Below are positions 27,429-41,325 of a stretch of 64,000 nucleotides of DNA, in pieces. The position numbers were made by a program, and so were the translations under genes. The stretch's first letter is position 1. Each line of letters opens with the position of its first letter. The stretch lies in the NCBI RefSeq assembly GCF_003918875.1, contig NW_025767113.1:1736001-1800000 (forward strand). The letters run 5' to 3'. The notes beneath the pieces were generated by a model. The model did not search any database. It saw nothing but the letters and a program-made list of their open reading frames with translations, and was not told the DNA's origin. Source of the DNA: Haliotis rubra (taxonomy: Eukaryota).

Positions 27429-28620
27429 AAGACCGGCAAAAGAAAGTATACAAGGTTTTCAAGAGGTCATTACCATTGACCCAGACTACCTAGACACACA
27501 AACCATTATGCAGTGGTGTTACCAACATCTGTACTCAACCTGAGCTAAATATCACACGCATACTACAGAAACATGTGGCGTCAGACATGCGCAAGTTCAC
27601 TGCGGGTCCTGAAAACCTGTGTTCAATCACATGGGGGATAAGCAGGTACTGAGTTACACACAATAAATGTTCACTACCATCATTTTAGTATCCTGTATGT
27701 CCACCCCTTGCATCAATATAAGCACGCAGCCTCCTTCTAGCCGAAGACGTCAGACGTTGGACATGGTCACGTGGAATGCGACGCCATTCGTCCTGGAGGG
27801 TTTGTGCAAGTTGCTGTCTATTCTGTGGTGGGTTAGGGCGTTTCCGCACGCGTCTGTCTAGTGCATCCCACATGTGCTCGAACGGGGACATGTCTGGAAA
27901 ACGTGCTGGCCACTGTAGAACGTTCACGTTGTTCCTCTCGTCGCTGCCAACGACGAACAACTCGGGCCCAACGCAATCTGTGACGTCTGTTTTCAGGGGT
28001 CAACACATGTCCTTTGAAGGGTCGGTCTGTAGGCTCTGATACCTGCTGCCCGAAGACGTCTAGCCACCGTGTATCGACTGACACGGGGATCAAGGGAATT
28101 CACCGCTAATGACGTTACCGTCAGAAAACGGTTTCTCGGTTGTAACGTCCTCAAATGCCGGTATTCAGCTGGTGTTACTCGCGGTCTCCCACGTTTTGGT
28201 CTGTCCTGTGTCACGCCCGTCTGTTTGTAACGTTGCAGCAGTCTAGAGACGGCTACACGGGTGCAGCCGAAGGTTGTTGCAACGTTGGCGTGTGTCGACC
28301 CCATCAGGAGCATACCTATGGCCCTCTCACGTTCAACTGCTGATAGTCGTGGCATATCTGTGGTGGTCGTTTTTAAACTGCATGTGTAACCTGTCCGCAC
28401 ACTAACTTTTATACCCTTAGTGCATGTGGAACTCTGACAGAAGCCCCAAATCGTGGTTTATACCACTTCGACGTTTTATTCACACCGTGCACGTGAATTT
28501 CACCGCATGTATCAAATTGCTACGTTGGGGCAACATGTTTCTGTGTATAATGTACCTACAAACAAAATAAATTATTTGAGCAATGGTCACTTTTGGTATA
28601 CTTTCTTTTGCCAGTCAGTT
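27429..28620 (-). mobile_element. Tc1/mariner DNA transposon, internally deleted
   Basis: TIRs GAC(C/T)GGCAAAAGAAAGTATAC, with the right end CAGTT followed by TA. Contains a transposase pseudogene. Confidence 0.93.
27685..28355 (-). pseudogene. Tc1 transposase pseudogene (frameshifted, first two catalytic Asp motifs deleted)
   Basis: MPRLSAVERERAIGML HTH region, GRPRVT, WPARFPDMSPFEHMW and the GGHTGY* end are present. No WSDE-like or QDNA-like motif lies between RRWQRRE and NVNVLQW. Confidence 0.92.
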
Positions 28621-28916
28621 TATATGAAACCAGAAGAGTGACGGGAATGTTGGACAACGACGAGACTAGTGCTGCTCAATCACTTTTCAAGGGAGAAAGG
28701 TTTGGACGTATGACCAATGAGTCTGTTCTGGGATATGTTATATCGTGGCTGTTGGACACAATACTGAATTCACGGGGAGAAACTATAGTGTTTAATCGAT
28801 GCGTCCGCCCTGAAATTGCAAAGATGACACAAAGCGAACGCAGGTTTAAAAAAACAACACACTAATGCATATGCTTAAGAATTAATCGAAATGTAAGATA
28901 CATGTGAAAGAATTAC

Positions 28917-28960
28917 TGCTGCTGCTGCTGCTGATGATGATGATGAAGATGATGATGATG
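28917..28960. repeat. (GCT)n(GAT)n compound microsatellite
   Basis: Directly visible. Confidence 0.9.
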
Positions 28961-30183
28961 TCGAATTATATTTACAGCTGAATACCTCTTACGTATGCAG
29001 ACGCTATCGTGATATTACACAGTGGAATTACAGGCCTGAATTAGCCACTGAGTTGCGGAGTGCAGGGTGCTCTGTAACCATTCACGGGATCCAGGCAACA
29101 TCAAGACGCACTCCACATTGCTAGCGTATTGTCAACATTGTTCCGGGCGTTCAAGTTTAAGATCAGGTTGAGTGGGTTTCTGTTACCCCATCTAGCGAAA
29201 GGATTATCCGAGATCAACTGCTATACCCGAAAATATTCATGACAGATGGGTGTTTAAAGAAGTCCATCAATCTCTTGTCATCAGTGAAATCAACCACAAC
29301 AATATTACTTCTTGTGTGAAGATTGGAGTTACCACCGCCATTGATCCTTATCAACATTACTGATTGTCTCCTGCACGTAGAAGAAGAGAATTACCCTGAG
29401 ACAAAAGTGTTCGAATTTACTGGTAACAAAATCAACATACATTGCCTTTGAGCAGTTGTACTGGATATCACATTGATGACCTCAAAACCCAAAGGAAATA
29501 TTGTTATTCATGTTGAGACTATACGTCAAATAGCTTGACACTCACTTTATGGAGGGTATCATCAGTCTATCCCAGTACTACTGACTCTCCTGCAACCAGG
29601 GCGAGAGTTGGCAGTATCTTCGGGACAGAACCTCAATTATTGTGATAAAATACGTGTTTCTGCAGATATGTACCGTTAATTAGATACTTAAACATGAACC
29701 GCCATTCCACAACGTTGTCTGACAATGATTTCCGCTGCTGTGCAAAGGAGACTGAGGTAAGACAAGGTTAATCCTGGATAGACAAGTCGACGTGACGGTG
29801 TGCACACCTGGTAAACCAGTTATTACTTTTTAATAGCATGATTTGTTTTGTATACCAGTTTCGAGACGTACAGAATCTTTTCTCCCAGATATATGGCTCA
29901 ACACGTGTTATTGTCTCAATATCTTGCTTCTACCATCATTGAAATGTGTCATAAAACTTCTGCAGGTGCTGAATTCAGAACAAGGGCGTGTTTTGTGGGC
30001 CTGTTTTGTTGTGTTCACCATCCATCTTCCACGCTCGGTATCCCTTCCTTGTTTATAAAACACCACAAAATCTTAAATTGTGTCTCGATTGTACGATATT
30101 GTGCACTCCCTGACTATCAGTTGGGCCCTTGGGACCTATACATCCCATTTCCATAACCTCCAGTGCTCTTCTCACAGTAATTA

Positions 30184-30411
30184 CAGTCGAACTCTGTCGA
30201 ACTCTTGTGTAAAACTCTGATAACTCGATATCTCGGTTGTCTCGATATAACATCTCGGTCCCAGCTAAATCCTTTAAAATTTATCATTATTCAAGCTCTT
30301 TTTACTCTATACGGATGTCTCGATATTTCGGATATCTCGATATAATTTCATGGTCCCAACAAGCAAAATTATCCTTTTAACTCGATATTTGCAAATAAAC
30401 TCGATATACTG
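30184..30411. mobile_element. pogo/Tigger-like MITE remnant (left end)
   Basis: TA|CAGTCGAACTC start, repeated (A/T)CTCGATA motifs and GGTCCC motifs. No clean right TIR. Confidence 0.55.
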
Positions 30412-31269
30412 TATATATAGGGACACGTGTTATGTTCACCAACATTGTTGGCGTGTCGTCACGCCCCATTTATCGACTTGCAAACGTAGTTAGCATTTGC
30501 CGCAATGGACAACCATAGTGAGATCGATGTGAGGGGGACCTAGATTAGAGGGACAATGTACAGAAGTATGTCCAATACTTTGGTTATATAGAATATTCTC
30601 TCAGCAATGGTCTGTTGGGAAGCCTGATCTGCTGTATGTTTCAAACAATACGAGGAGCGGTTCACCTGATACATGCCGGCAGATGTAACAGGCAGTGGTG
30701 ACCTCCTGCATGACCTTTAGGGTATTTGTCATGGTTGGTCCCTTGCATGATACTAATGACATGGGGTACTGGAGGCGATCATCCGTCACAACAATTGATG
30801 AATCAGTCGGCGATCTAACGCACCGAGCCATCGTGGCTTCCACAAAAATAGAAGTCTGACAACAGGTGATGTGGATCAAGTACTTTGTGTACCCTCTGTC
30901 AGGTGTAAATTAACACGGCACCCACGGCCGAAAGCTATGAATACACAATTCCTCAACACAAAACTTCCTAGAATCTGTTCTTTACTGGGAAAGCCTAATT
31001 CCAAATATACCATAAGTTACATTTGAACACTTTGTAAATGGCACTGTGTTTAGGTTAATGATAAAGCTGACGAATTTATGTCCAACTCGTAAACACACAA
31101 CGACCGTTTACGAAGTGTTCCATAATGCGGACGAACGTGAAAGTTACGTGTCACATTCTTTGTTCACGGCAGCAGTGATTTGAAAAACACAGTGGCCTGA
31201 CCATCAGTATGATGTAATGGGAAAAGAAAGGTCTAAATATTTAAATAAGTATAACTCTCTCTATGAGTA

Positions 31270-32200
31270 TGACTTTATCAAATTATATATCAAACAGCTT
31301 GAACACCGTATTTCCACACTATGAAAGCCCCTATATTCTACGATATGGTGCTGAAGTATGTGGTCTAGAAAACGATGATAGAGCAGATACATTTACATCT
31401 CTATTGGTGTAAAAGATTTTTAGTTGTAAATCCAATACTCCAAATATCAGTCGTTCATTAGATGTTGGATAAAATTGCTTAAAATGTCAAGTAACCGATT
31501 TCCAAAGAAAGGCTATAGCATGATGAATCTTCACGACGGTCGAAGTAAAACTTATCAGACATCGGGTTTCAAAAAGATAGTCCAGTTCTCGCGGGTGTGA
31601 TTACATGTGGAAAGAACAACTTATTACAACACCAGGTCACGTCATATAGAATCTAAGACCAAGGTTCCAGGAAATATATTTTCAAATGTGGCACCATTCA
31701 CTCTGTTTGTATAATACTGATCGTTACGCCTGTTTCAAATCATTCATTCTTGTTGACGAAAATGTTTAAAACTTCCGAGCAGCACTATCCCAATCCGGAA
31801 GTAGGTTTCACGATACCATCCAAATAGTAAAGGTAGACAACTGAGAACACCAAATTAAAAACCGATGGTGTAAACATTGTGCCTGAGATAAAAGCTGAGT
31901 ACCGATTCTTGCGCATTTGTCCATTATGTGGAAATATCAGAAAATAATACATTGGGAAATAGTTTTATTTGAATCTTCCATTAGCCAAACTGTATAATCC
32001 TCATGTCATCGGAAACTGAAACGGTCATAAAGTATCTTGTAATGTATGTAAACCAGGCAATGAACACCAGATCATCTGCATTATAGATGTGATAGGATAT
32101 ATATCTGCGATATATGTATTTCTATAAAACCAACTGCTATCATATAATTTGAACTATAGGCATATGGCCTGTGCAAGTTCTGGAGATAAAGACTGACTGA
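31270..32200 (+). mobile_element. Decayed L2/CR1-group (Crack-like) LINE 3' fragment
   Basis: Broken frames give ILRYGAEVCG, CKRFL, RCWIKLLKMSSNRFPKKGYSMM and EYRFLRICP, colinear with the ORF at 41386-42069. The 3' end reads GGGCATATGGCCT...GATAAAGACTGACTGAC. Confidence 0.75.
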
Positions 32201-33211
32201 CCGATATGTCAACTGGACATAGGTATTTTAAAGACAACTTTGTTTTACGGGTTTGTTTTGAAGTTATATTGCCCAGCAATGGCCCATAACACATTGAAAG
32301 ATTTCTTGAGAGAGTTAGGGTTACATTATAGAACTATCGTCTAGTTGCGGATTCCGTGGCATAGAGGGGTGGTGTTTGTGGTCTAATGCAACGCACATAT
32401 ATATATATATATTACAGCGGAGGTTTATGTACATTGAGCCTGGACCAGATGATGAGATTCGATATTCTCTAGTGGGCCAGGAAGCCATGCATCTACCAAT
32501 CAGCGAGTGGCTGCCCGCTCTGGTCAATCCCTGTTGATAAAGACCCATTCTTATGTAGATGCTGGGCGGTATCAATGAGCATTGTCATGAAGTAGATTGT
32601 GTAGAATGTCCTGCACACTGGCCGGACTCTAATGGCCGTGTGCGCATTGTCAAGTCTACTCGGGGCCATTACCTCTTCGGTATTGATCCAAAATTATGTC
32701 GCAATATTTATGTCTACGAGAACTTTTGAAATGTCAGGCATAATATACAGCGATTAATAGGCAATATAATGTGTTATGAGATATATCTCAGTGTGGTTGT
32801 GACCTTAATGGCATATTTAGAATAACAGAAATGCGATTACGTACATTCTGTTGACAGCTGTTGTGATTTGATTTCTCCATATCCCAGCAGTTTTATCATC
32901 GGTACGCTTCGGGAATTTCTCCTCAAATCGACATTTATTACCTTTTGTATCACCAACTATGCCATCATACACAAACAGTTGTCAGGAAATGATGTTAGGC
33001 TAATGATCTGGAATCTAATTCAAGATCATTTAGAAAGTTTATTTTGAAATAATATGTTGAATCCAGATATGAGACAAGATGTGTGAGTTATGCCCTGCAC
33101 GGGATGTGTTTCACCCAACAATAGACTGATCTAAAGCCTACGTAGTCTGGACTGGAACAAAACAACATCTAAACCGTTTCATACAGACGTTTATTTCAAT
33201 CCGTCTCATGA

Positions 33212-33378
33212 GTGTGAGTGAGTGAGTTTAGTTTTACGCCACTTTTAGCATTTGTCCAGCAATATCACGGTGGGGACATCAGAAATGGGCTTCACACATT
33301 GTTCCCCTGTGGCGAATCAATCCCCGGGTCTTTGGCGTGACGAGCGAACGCTTTCGCTACTGGGCTACCCCATCGCCC
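33212..33378 (-). mobile_element. Short tRNA-derived SINE, family B, with (ACTC)n tail
   Basis: Minus strand starts GGGCGATGGGGTAGCCCAGTAGCGAAAGCG (tRNA-like) and ends GTAAAACTAAACTCACTCAC. 11-bp TSD: ccgtctcatga / ccgtttcatga. Confidence 0.88.
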
Positions 33379-33486
33379 CCGTTTCATGAAAGGCTAAAGT
33401 TTGGTTTACTTTAATACCATATGTCCTGTCGTTGTTAGTAGCATGGTTAAGTGTGACTACACAAGTGTATGATGACGTCACGTTTC

Positions 33487-34108
33487 TGTGACAGCCGACA
33501 AGACTGTGAGAGAAAGTATACACCACTGCTTAGTGTTGGCTCACAGTACACTATGCATGAACGGGCAGTTCGATGGTAATGATGTAATCCGCGTATCAAA
33601 CCTGGAGGTTTTAGCTGGAGGTATCACTCAATACACACAGAAAGTGATACAACTTGTCATACAATCTTATGGTTACGTTCTCGTTAAGTATGTTTTTAAT
33701 GTTTATACTTTATCTTGGGTATACAAGGGAAGGCAATTTATTGCATCTCATCTCCCATTACAAGTCACGCGAAGACCCACATTTTGTGTGACCACTTTAA
33801 ACTCTGGATATTCTCGGCCTAGACCTTTCTTCCCAGTTGGATCAGTGTTGCCGTGGAGTGGATACTACCATCCTTGTCTTTACCGTTATCATCACTGCTC
33901 GTGCATTATACTGCCTCTGAATCTGCACTGCCATTCTGTACAGTCGTAGTGCTGTCTGTGTATTGTGTTTTGTAAATGTAGTCAATTTTAAAATACAGCT
34001 GTTAATTCCATCCCATGTCTGTGTTGTGTGTAGGTTCCACACCTAGTTGGTTTACGGACTGATTCCTGGTTATCTCTTTAGATCCAACTTAGGAATCAAC
34101 ACGTCACA
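33487..34108 (+). mobile_element. Possible solo LTR
   Basis: TGTGAC...GTCACA termini, a TATA-like GGTATACAAGGG and an AATACA polyA-like signal. No TSD was found, so the left boundary is uncertain. Confidence 0.35.
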
Positions 34109-35498
34109 GAGGGATAGATTAATGTTTTGACAGGAATGAACACGGTTCTTTTTTTCAGATGACATACATTCGAGGTTTGGGGAATCTACTTGACATAACC
34201 TTCACTTGTCTCAAACACTGTGAACATACGTAGATTTCGTCCTTGGTCTACTGAGATTTATGGTTGATCTGTTCGTAAAGGCTTTTAATGGTACATATGC
34301 TTAAAACAGAAATATATTTCGTTGTGTTTTTTACGGATTGTACGGACCCAGTACAAAAGACTACTAGACATATGTTCCGGTGTTACTGGCTGTACTGGAG
34401 TGGACGGACATATTCCTCAGTTAACACACTGGCCCAGTATGTGGCATTATATCTCTGTTCCTGCATTCTATGAATGACAACATTTCACTGACTCTGGAAC
34501 ACATTCAATAGGTACATTGCTCTAGTTACCCAATTTTGAGCTTCCACTTCGACAATATCCAAATGTTTTTAAAGGTTATTACCTCACCTGATACCAGGCA
34601 CCATATTTTGGCGATAATAGAGACACATATCATTGTCAGTACTAAAGAGGGCACCTATGACTACACGAACAAAGGTTGGGAAGTGTAAGAAAACTCTTGG
34701 GAGCCACAAGTAGTGACTTGAACTTTAGCACGAGCTGCTAAGTCCACAATCCGCAAAACGTTCCTGAAACTGAACACCTACAATGATCTTTAAAACTACG
34801 TATTCTATTTCATGTTTAGTTGTAAAATTGCTCTTTTGAAGAAAACATTGGTAAAAGGTAAAGCGACTGTTATTCCAGTGTGAGCGTAAAATACACAATG
34901 CTTGAAAAGGTCAGTGATGTTAGTTTTCCTTCCAAAACCTACTTTGTCAGATACGTGCAGTATTTCATAGCTTTTACCTCATTAAGCATATGCTTTCCAC
35001 AATTCTAGTACAGCACTGTAAGTACGCTCTCAAATACACGTACACGACAGAGTACACATCCATGGCGGGTGGTGTTCCCTTGACAACACCATGTGAAGTG
35101 AACCAAAATACCACGGTGCTTTTCTTGAAGATTAAATAACACATGTTCGAGCACACAGATGCGATAATCCCCTGGCCCATGCGCCATGCGCCCTTACGGT
35201 TCGAACTTCAAATGTCCACTCTCCATATTCCTTTATAACCAGCACATAAACATTTTACGACTTTTCATTCACAGTCATGCTCTTGTAACACACATGTACC
35301 TACGGTTGCTTACAAGGTTACCTAAACACTAAAAATGACTGTCACAGTTTGTGTTAAAAGGGCATCTGCAGCGTGTATAGCACTAACATAATCTCTACAC
35401 ATGTACAAGAAGAAGCTGTCTTGAGCTGGTGACATGCTTGTCCTCAACATACAGAGCCCTGATCCATGGAGGAGTTCGATGCGCCACCCCTGGCGTAT

Positions 35499-35866
35499 GT
35501 CGATAGTTTAGCGTGGACGTACGACTGTCGATAGTTTAGCGTGGACGTACGACTGTCGATAGTTTAGCGTGGACGTACGACTGTCGATAGTTTAGCGTGG
35601 ACGTACGACTGTCGATAGTTTAGCGTGGACGTACGACTGTCGATAGTTTAGCGTGGACGTACGACTGTCGATAGTTTAGCGTGGACGTACGACTGTCGAT
35701 AGTTTAGCGTGGACGTACGACTGTCGATAGTTTAGCGTGGACGTACGACTGTCGATAGTTTAGCGTGGACGTACGACTGTCGATAGTTTAGCGTGGATGT
35801 ACCACTGTCGATAGTTTAGCGTGGACGTACGACTGTCGATAGTTTAGCGTGGACGTACGACTGTCG
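35499..35866. repeat. 28-bp tandem minisatellite x13 (GTCGATAGTTTAGCGTGGACGTACGACT)
   Basis: Near-perfect copies with one variant unit. Confidence 0.98.
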
Positions 35867-38199
35867 CAAAGCTGCGTTTGCTTTGTGGGTCCAACTTATT
35901 TACTTACCAGACCTGCTGTCTTCAACAGAACATCAAGTGTGTATTGTTAGAGAAATGGCGAAGGTGGTGCAAGCCCTACCAAGGGATTGCAGAAATCATT
36001 TGATTTTACTTCTGCTGGTATTCCGTGCTGATGTACACGTTCTCCAGTGTCACACTGAAGGTGATGCAACGTAAACATGGGGATCTTTACAAACTGATAC
36101 CTGGTATGATCATGGCGTTTTCGATATTTTGTAACTCTTTTTGTGACAGACATGTCACCATTGTTCAGGACTATGGACTTTACTATTCAAGTGATTAATG
36201 CGTGGGATTGTCAGAATGGCTTTCGCCATGGCCCCGTCGTGAATTATGCACCGCACAGCACTACAGCCAGAGTTGCTCATGTCTGTCAACTCTATGCTTC
36301 ACATTAGCGATGAGTTACAAACGTTGTTTATGAGTAAAAGATCGATTAGGCAGATAGCGCTACATGATCTCATAGGCGCCCTATGGGAAACAATAACATG
36401 GCCACATTCTGTTGAATCTGTTAATGTTGAACAGTTTTGTGGCAGCGTTGAGCCAATAGACATGAAGCTCCTGTAATCGTTTACCTTTTCCTCCCTCCGC
36501 AGCCGTTAATGAACTGTGATGCCACACTGTGATGCCCCATACTACCCAACTGCATCCTGCACTGTGGAAGTAACACCTGAGAAGGACACATGTGTCTTGG
36601 ATTCAAAAGAGATCACAACACGATGAGGGTCCAGCAAACTGGTCAGCATCTGGGGTTACTGGTGTTGGCCTCTCATAATCGATTGCGATTTGTTCTAGCA
36701 CTAATTGACCTGAAGCAAGGGACGGTAGAGCAATGAGTGTAACACTCTTGAAGCGATAAGGTATATGGAGAGGGGACATGATAATGCTGTCTTTGTGGCG
36801 TCACACGGTTTTGTCAAGAATGTATCATGTCTCCGTCGCCTCTAGGTTGTCGATGACAGAGAGACTGTCTGCATGGCTAGTGGTAAGGGGAAGCTATGAA
36901 TGATACCAGTTACAGTCCCGACTGTAGCACGTGGACATACACCGTCGTGACAAGTCAGTGATGTAACTGGGAGAAAATCACTGTTTGAGTCACTCAAATA
37001 CAGTTGACAAAACCCTTTGCATAATCACACAAAGGATCCATGGTACATCTTAAACTACCACCGACGGCTTCTGTCACAAAAACATGCCAAGACTTTAAAA
37101 GCTCGCCTTAAACATAACGTGGGCGTTTTCTGGTTCAAGTCAATATAGGGATTTGTATGAGAACTGATGTATCAATTTTGAAAGGTCCCCAAAGATTAAA
37201 AGCGTCTAAATGTTGTGCCTTGATCAAACAAGCAGCAGTCCACTGTCATAGTGTTTAATATGTAGGTATAGATATTGATATGGTATTGCAACTCGGTGAA
37301 TACAAAATCAGGGTGAATACAATATCAATTATGAATCTAACGCGGGTATGTGTAGGGAGCAGATGAACGGCACAAGGTCATGTGCCGTCAGCTATCACAG
37401 AACCCCAACAAAACTTTACCCAGTGATATGGTCTTGGGAGAATGTGAAAACTGATATATAAAGGTTGTAACAGAATCAAAGACAACGATAACATAAGTAT
37501 ATCATGAGTATAGTATAATATACTACCCATCAAAGGTTTAGACTCACTTAAAGCGCTCACTATATGTTATGCATATATATATGGTTACATCGAAGATGAA
37601 TATTTCCACTGACTTGGGGTAACCAAATGTAAACCTTATGCTGATGAATTACACGAGGATCATGGATTAAAATGCTGAAAAGCATGTGCAAATATCGTGC
37701 ATGTAAACAGCTGCGTTTTGGGGTTACGTTTTGTTAAGAAATCGCCAATTTTCACTGAGTTTCATCGTTCATTGAACTCATGACAATAATCTTTTCAACG
37801 TTAAGAATTTGTTTTACACTACATCAGTTCATGTGTAAACAGTACCTTTAAACAGTATGGAATATTTTGCAAAATCTAGTTTAGAACAGTTGACTGAAGT
37901 AAGTGGCTACATTTACACTAGTGAGTCTAAACTTTTGATGGGTAGTATAGTATAAGTATAATTAATGTCACCAAAGGATATATATGTTTCCAGTAAATAA
38001 TGTATATACATTGCTACAGAAATAGTTCTTATCATTATTATAATCAAGAGATGATGTTTTCCCTGGACCCTCACTAACCACTTCAACCTGAAGACATCGG
38101 TGAGGTGATGTCCCGACCAGCACCGACATTGCCAGTCCACACCTTGTCATGCATGTGTAACATCTTATACACAGATACCTTTAACTACCAGGGACCTTA

Positions 38200-38517
38200 G
38201 ACCGCCTCCGTGGGGTAGTGCTTAGAGCGTCCGCCAGGAGGGCGGAAGGTCGCGGGTTCGATCCCCGACCGCGTCATACCAAAAGACGTTAAAATACTTG
38301 TTGGTCCCTGCCTGGCGCTCGGCATTAATGGGCACAAAAAGGACTGGTCGGCTCGGAGTCAGTATAATGTGTCTGAGTGGGGTATTCATGCTTCACTGCG
38401 GTATGGTATCTCAGTAGGCTAGCACTACAAAACCAGCTTAAGTCTCGGCTAGTACAAGCAGCCGCACATACACATACATTCTCAAGCACGATGTTAAACC
38501 CAATTTCACCTCACCTC
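38200..38517 (+). mobile_element. tRNA-derived SINE, family A
   Basis: A box (GTGGGGTAGTGC) and B box (GGTTCGATCCCC). Central GGACTGGTCGGCTCGGAGTCAGTATAATGTGTCTGAGTGG and a (TCACC)n tail. 13-bp TSD: accagggacctta / accaggggcctta. Confidence 0.95.
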
Positions 38518-39929
38518 ACCAGGGGCCTTAATCAAATCAAGGGAACATTAGTAATCATTTGATCTTATATCAGTAATTCTTCCAAATACTTTTGACAAGA
38601 TCGACACACGATTAAAGAAAGTTATTACGGATGTTACCACTACTGAAGAGCCTTGATCTTGTCAAGCTCACTTGCAGCTTCGTTAGATGTTCGAATCAGT
38701 ACAGATCTGGCTGAGAGGAGCTTACTTTGCAAAACCCGTCAACAGTCGGCTCATTGCCAAGCATCCAGAAAGAAAGAAAACTAACATTGATGGAAGGGTG
38801 ACGTGAACAGGCATAAACTGCAACTGAAAGAGGAGTTGTAATATCTATTAACAACGTTACTTCAAAAGTGAAACTATGTGCAATGTCCGGTAACATTAAT
38901 GACTGATGAAGCCCATCGAGAGTTGCCGGTATGTTAGTTTTCAAATTTGTTTGAAAATAATTAAACATATGTCTACATTCCGCACAGTTAAACGAGGTAT
39001 TCGTACCATTTGAGCGTTAATGATAGCATCAAAAGTGAATCGGTTTATGCATTACCCTGGTGGAAGTCCGCGATGAAGTAGCCTGAACCGAACACAGGCA
39101 AACCAACATGCCGGATAGCATTCTATACAGTCAGTGGTTCAGCCAATATCTCAAATGTTGCAGATTGGTGCACTGACACGAGATCACGGGGAATTCCTTT
39201 CGAGCTAGCAGTTTTCGGATCGAAAAATAGCTTTCTATTTGTATTCCACTTCAGCCACTTCCACATCAGGTATTGCGGAAAATAGGTGTTACACTTTTTT
39301 GTGGACTGATGGTCTGGTGCAACGGCCTCAAACGTCAGATGACAGTCCCCGTTACAAGTTATTACCCAGCAACATCGCCACGACATTTTCATCAGATGTT
39401 CCGTTTACTAGCCGTGTAATAGACTTTAACAGATATGATAAGCCACTGACACAAGTGTTTAATTAATATTGCGTTAACCTAGAATTTAACTTATGTGCTT
39501 GCTGGGAAGCGGGCTCGTTATCGTCAGTCAGATCTCACCGCATATGTTTGATGTGGCTGCAGCGTTCGACAAACGATTACTTGTGAAATTACGTTATGTA
39601 TTACTATATAAATACATACATTACCTTCGCAATTAATTACACGTTTTTACATTACGTGCATTTGGTCACTTACTATGCCAATGTGGTGTCATTTTATGGC
39701 ATATTCATGACATGCATGGGTGGTTTACACATGGGGGTGCTAGGAGATCCATTGTATAAACTTGTAGCATTACTATGCATATGCCGTTCATACTCACAAC
39801 GTTTCGGCTGATGATCGAGGCTCATCCTTCTCTGGGGTTCGCGTTTTGCTTGTAAGTATCGGAATCTCTGAACTTCTACCTCTCATCGATCACTTGATTG
39901 TCTGCTTTGTTTACAGGCCAACGTCGCCT

Positions 39930-40640
39930 GGCACGAGTACTGCTGGACCGCACCCTTAAAAATATACTTCCATTTTTAGGCAAATTGTGTGAATGGAGGG
40001 CGCTACCTTTTGGGCACGACATGATTGCCTGGTCATCCAGTCATATAATTATTTTTCACAGCTATTTTCCCTTTACATCAAACGGATCGGACTCTTTTCT
40101 AAGGAAAGTCACGATTGGGTGTTCTTTTGCACTGACGTACTAAATATAAATATCAAATTAACAATTATCCATCCTACATTGTCCCGGAATGATTATCCCA
40201 GGTATCTGTTTCGTGTTCTTGATCAACTGCATGAAGCAGAACGCACACGTGCGGCCTTCCTAGACAAGCATTGCTGACTCCTCGTAGTGAGGATACACCC
40301 AGATCACCCCTGCTGGTAATGAATGTAGTTGGTGGCCCATCGTAACTCTGTGAGATGTATGGCAAGTCAGGTGTTCTGTAGCTACTCATGGGGGCCAGAC
40401 AAGATCAGAGCCTCGACATATTGATCATTCATTATGATTTACAACCTAACGAGATGTTCAGGCTTTACATTACTCTCAAAGTACGCCCGCATAGCTGTCG
40501 GAGATTAGAATCCCTCAGCTAGACCTGAACACACTCAATAAAGTCATAGTTTCTGGAGTAAATTTTCCAAACTGGAAAACCACATGTTTATGATAGCATC
40601 TCGGCAAACAGTGGACTCGCTGATGCAAACGTCGTGATAC
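39930..40640 (+). mobile_element. Possible highly decayed DIRS-like RT/RNase H remnant
   Basis: FLGKLCEWRALPFG resembles the DIRS RT motif (F.G..Y.(F/W).ALPFG). Downstream similarity is weak and frameshifted. Confidence 0.3.
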
Positions 40641-41325
40641 CTTCTGTTTCAGAACTTGTTGGATGTATTTCAGAGTGATGTTTTATCATTGATGGAATAC
40701 ACACTCTGAGGAGGAGGAAACATAATAATTTTATGAATACACTCATTTTGGAATCAGGATGTTTTTCTAAAAAGCTTGTAGACGTGACAAGGACTCAAAC
40801 AATATAACCATTTGATGTTAGCACCTCCACCGTAATGTTATAATCAAAGTGACATACCAAATAGTGTACATTAAGACAATACTGTTACCTTTTGACTTGA
40901 CTGTAAAACCTGAAGGCGTCCATTTGATAAATATCCGTTCAACGACTGATAAATTGCAAGGTCCAGCAAAATGTAGCACTACATCTCGTACTGTCGATTG
41001 GCAATCAGCATTCATGTAATTATAATCAATAGGGTTACCAAATGTTATCATGTATGAGGAGTTTGGGAATAGGACATGTAGGTATCCATGTGGGCATCAA
41101 CAGTACTTCCCTCATCCCTTTAAGGCAATAGGGTCTGGACAGTTTAGGTCTGTCGATAGATTTATATCATTCAATCATTGTCAAATAGTCAGCTTACTTC
41201 CATTGATTTACCCACCTGACTTGTGTTGTGAGTCAATCTGTATAATACTTGCAGTGATGTCAGGGTGACAACAATCACGCTGCAAAACAAACTTCAGAGT
41301 GGCCATAAAACATGTGACAAATATC

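Noticed and set aside
38200-38275. tRNA gene
   Set aside because: The tRNA-like head continues into a SINE body and tail with a TSD, and three copies occur in the window.
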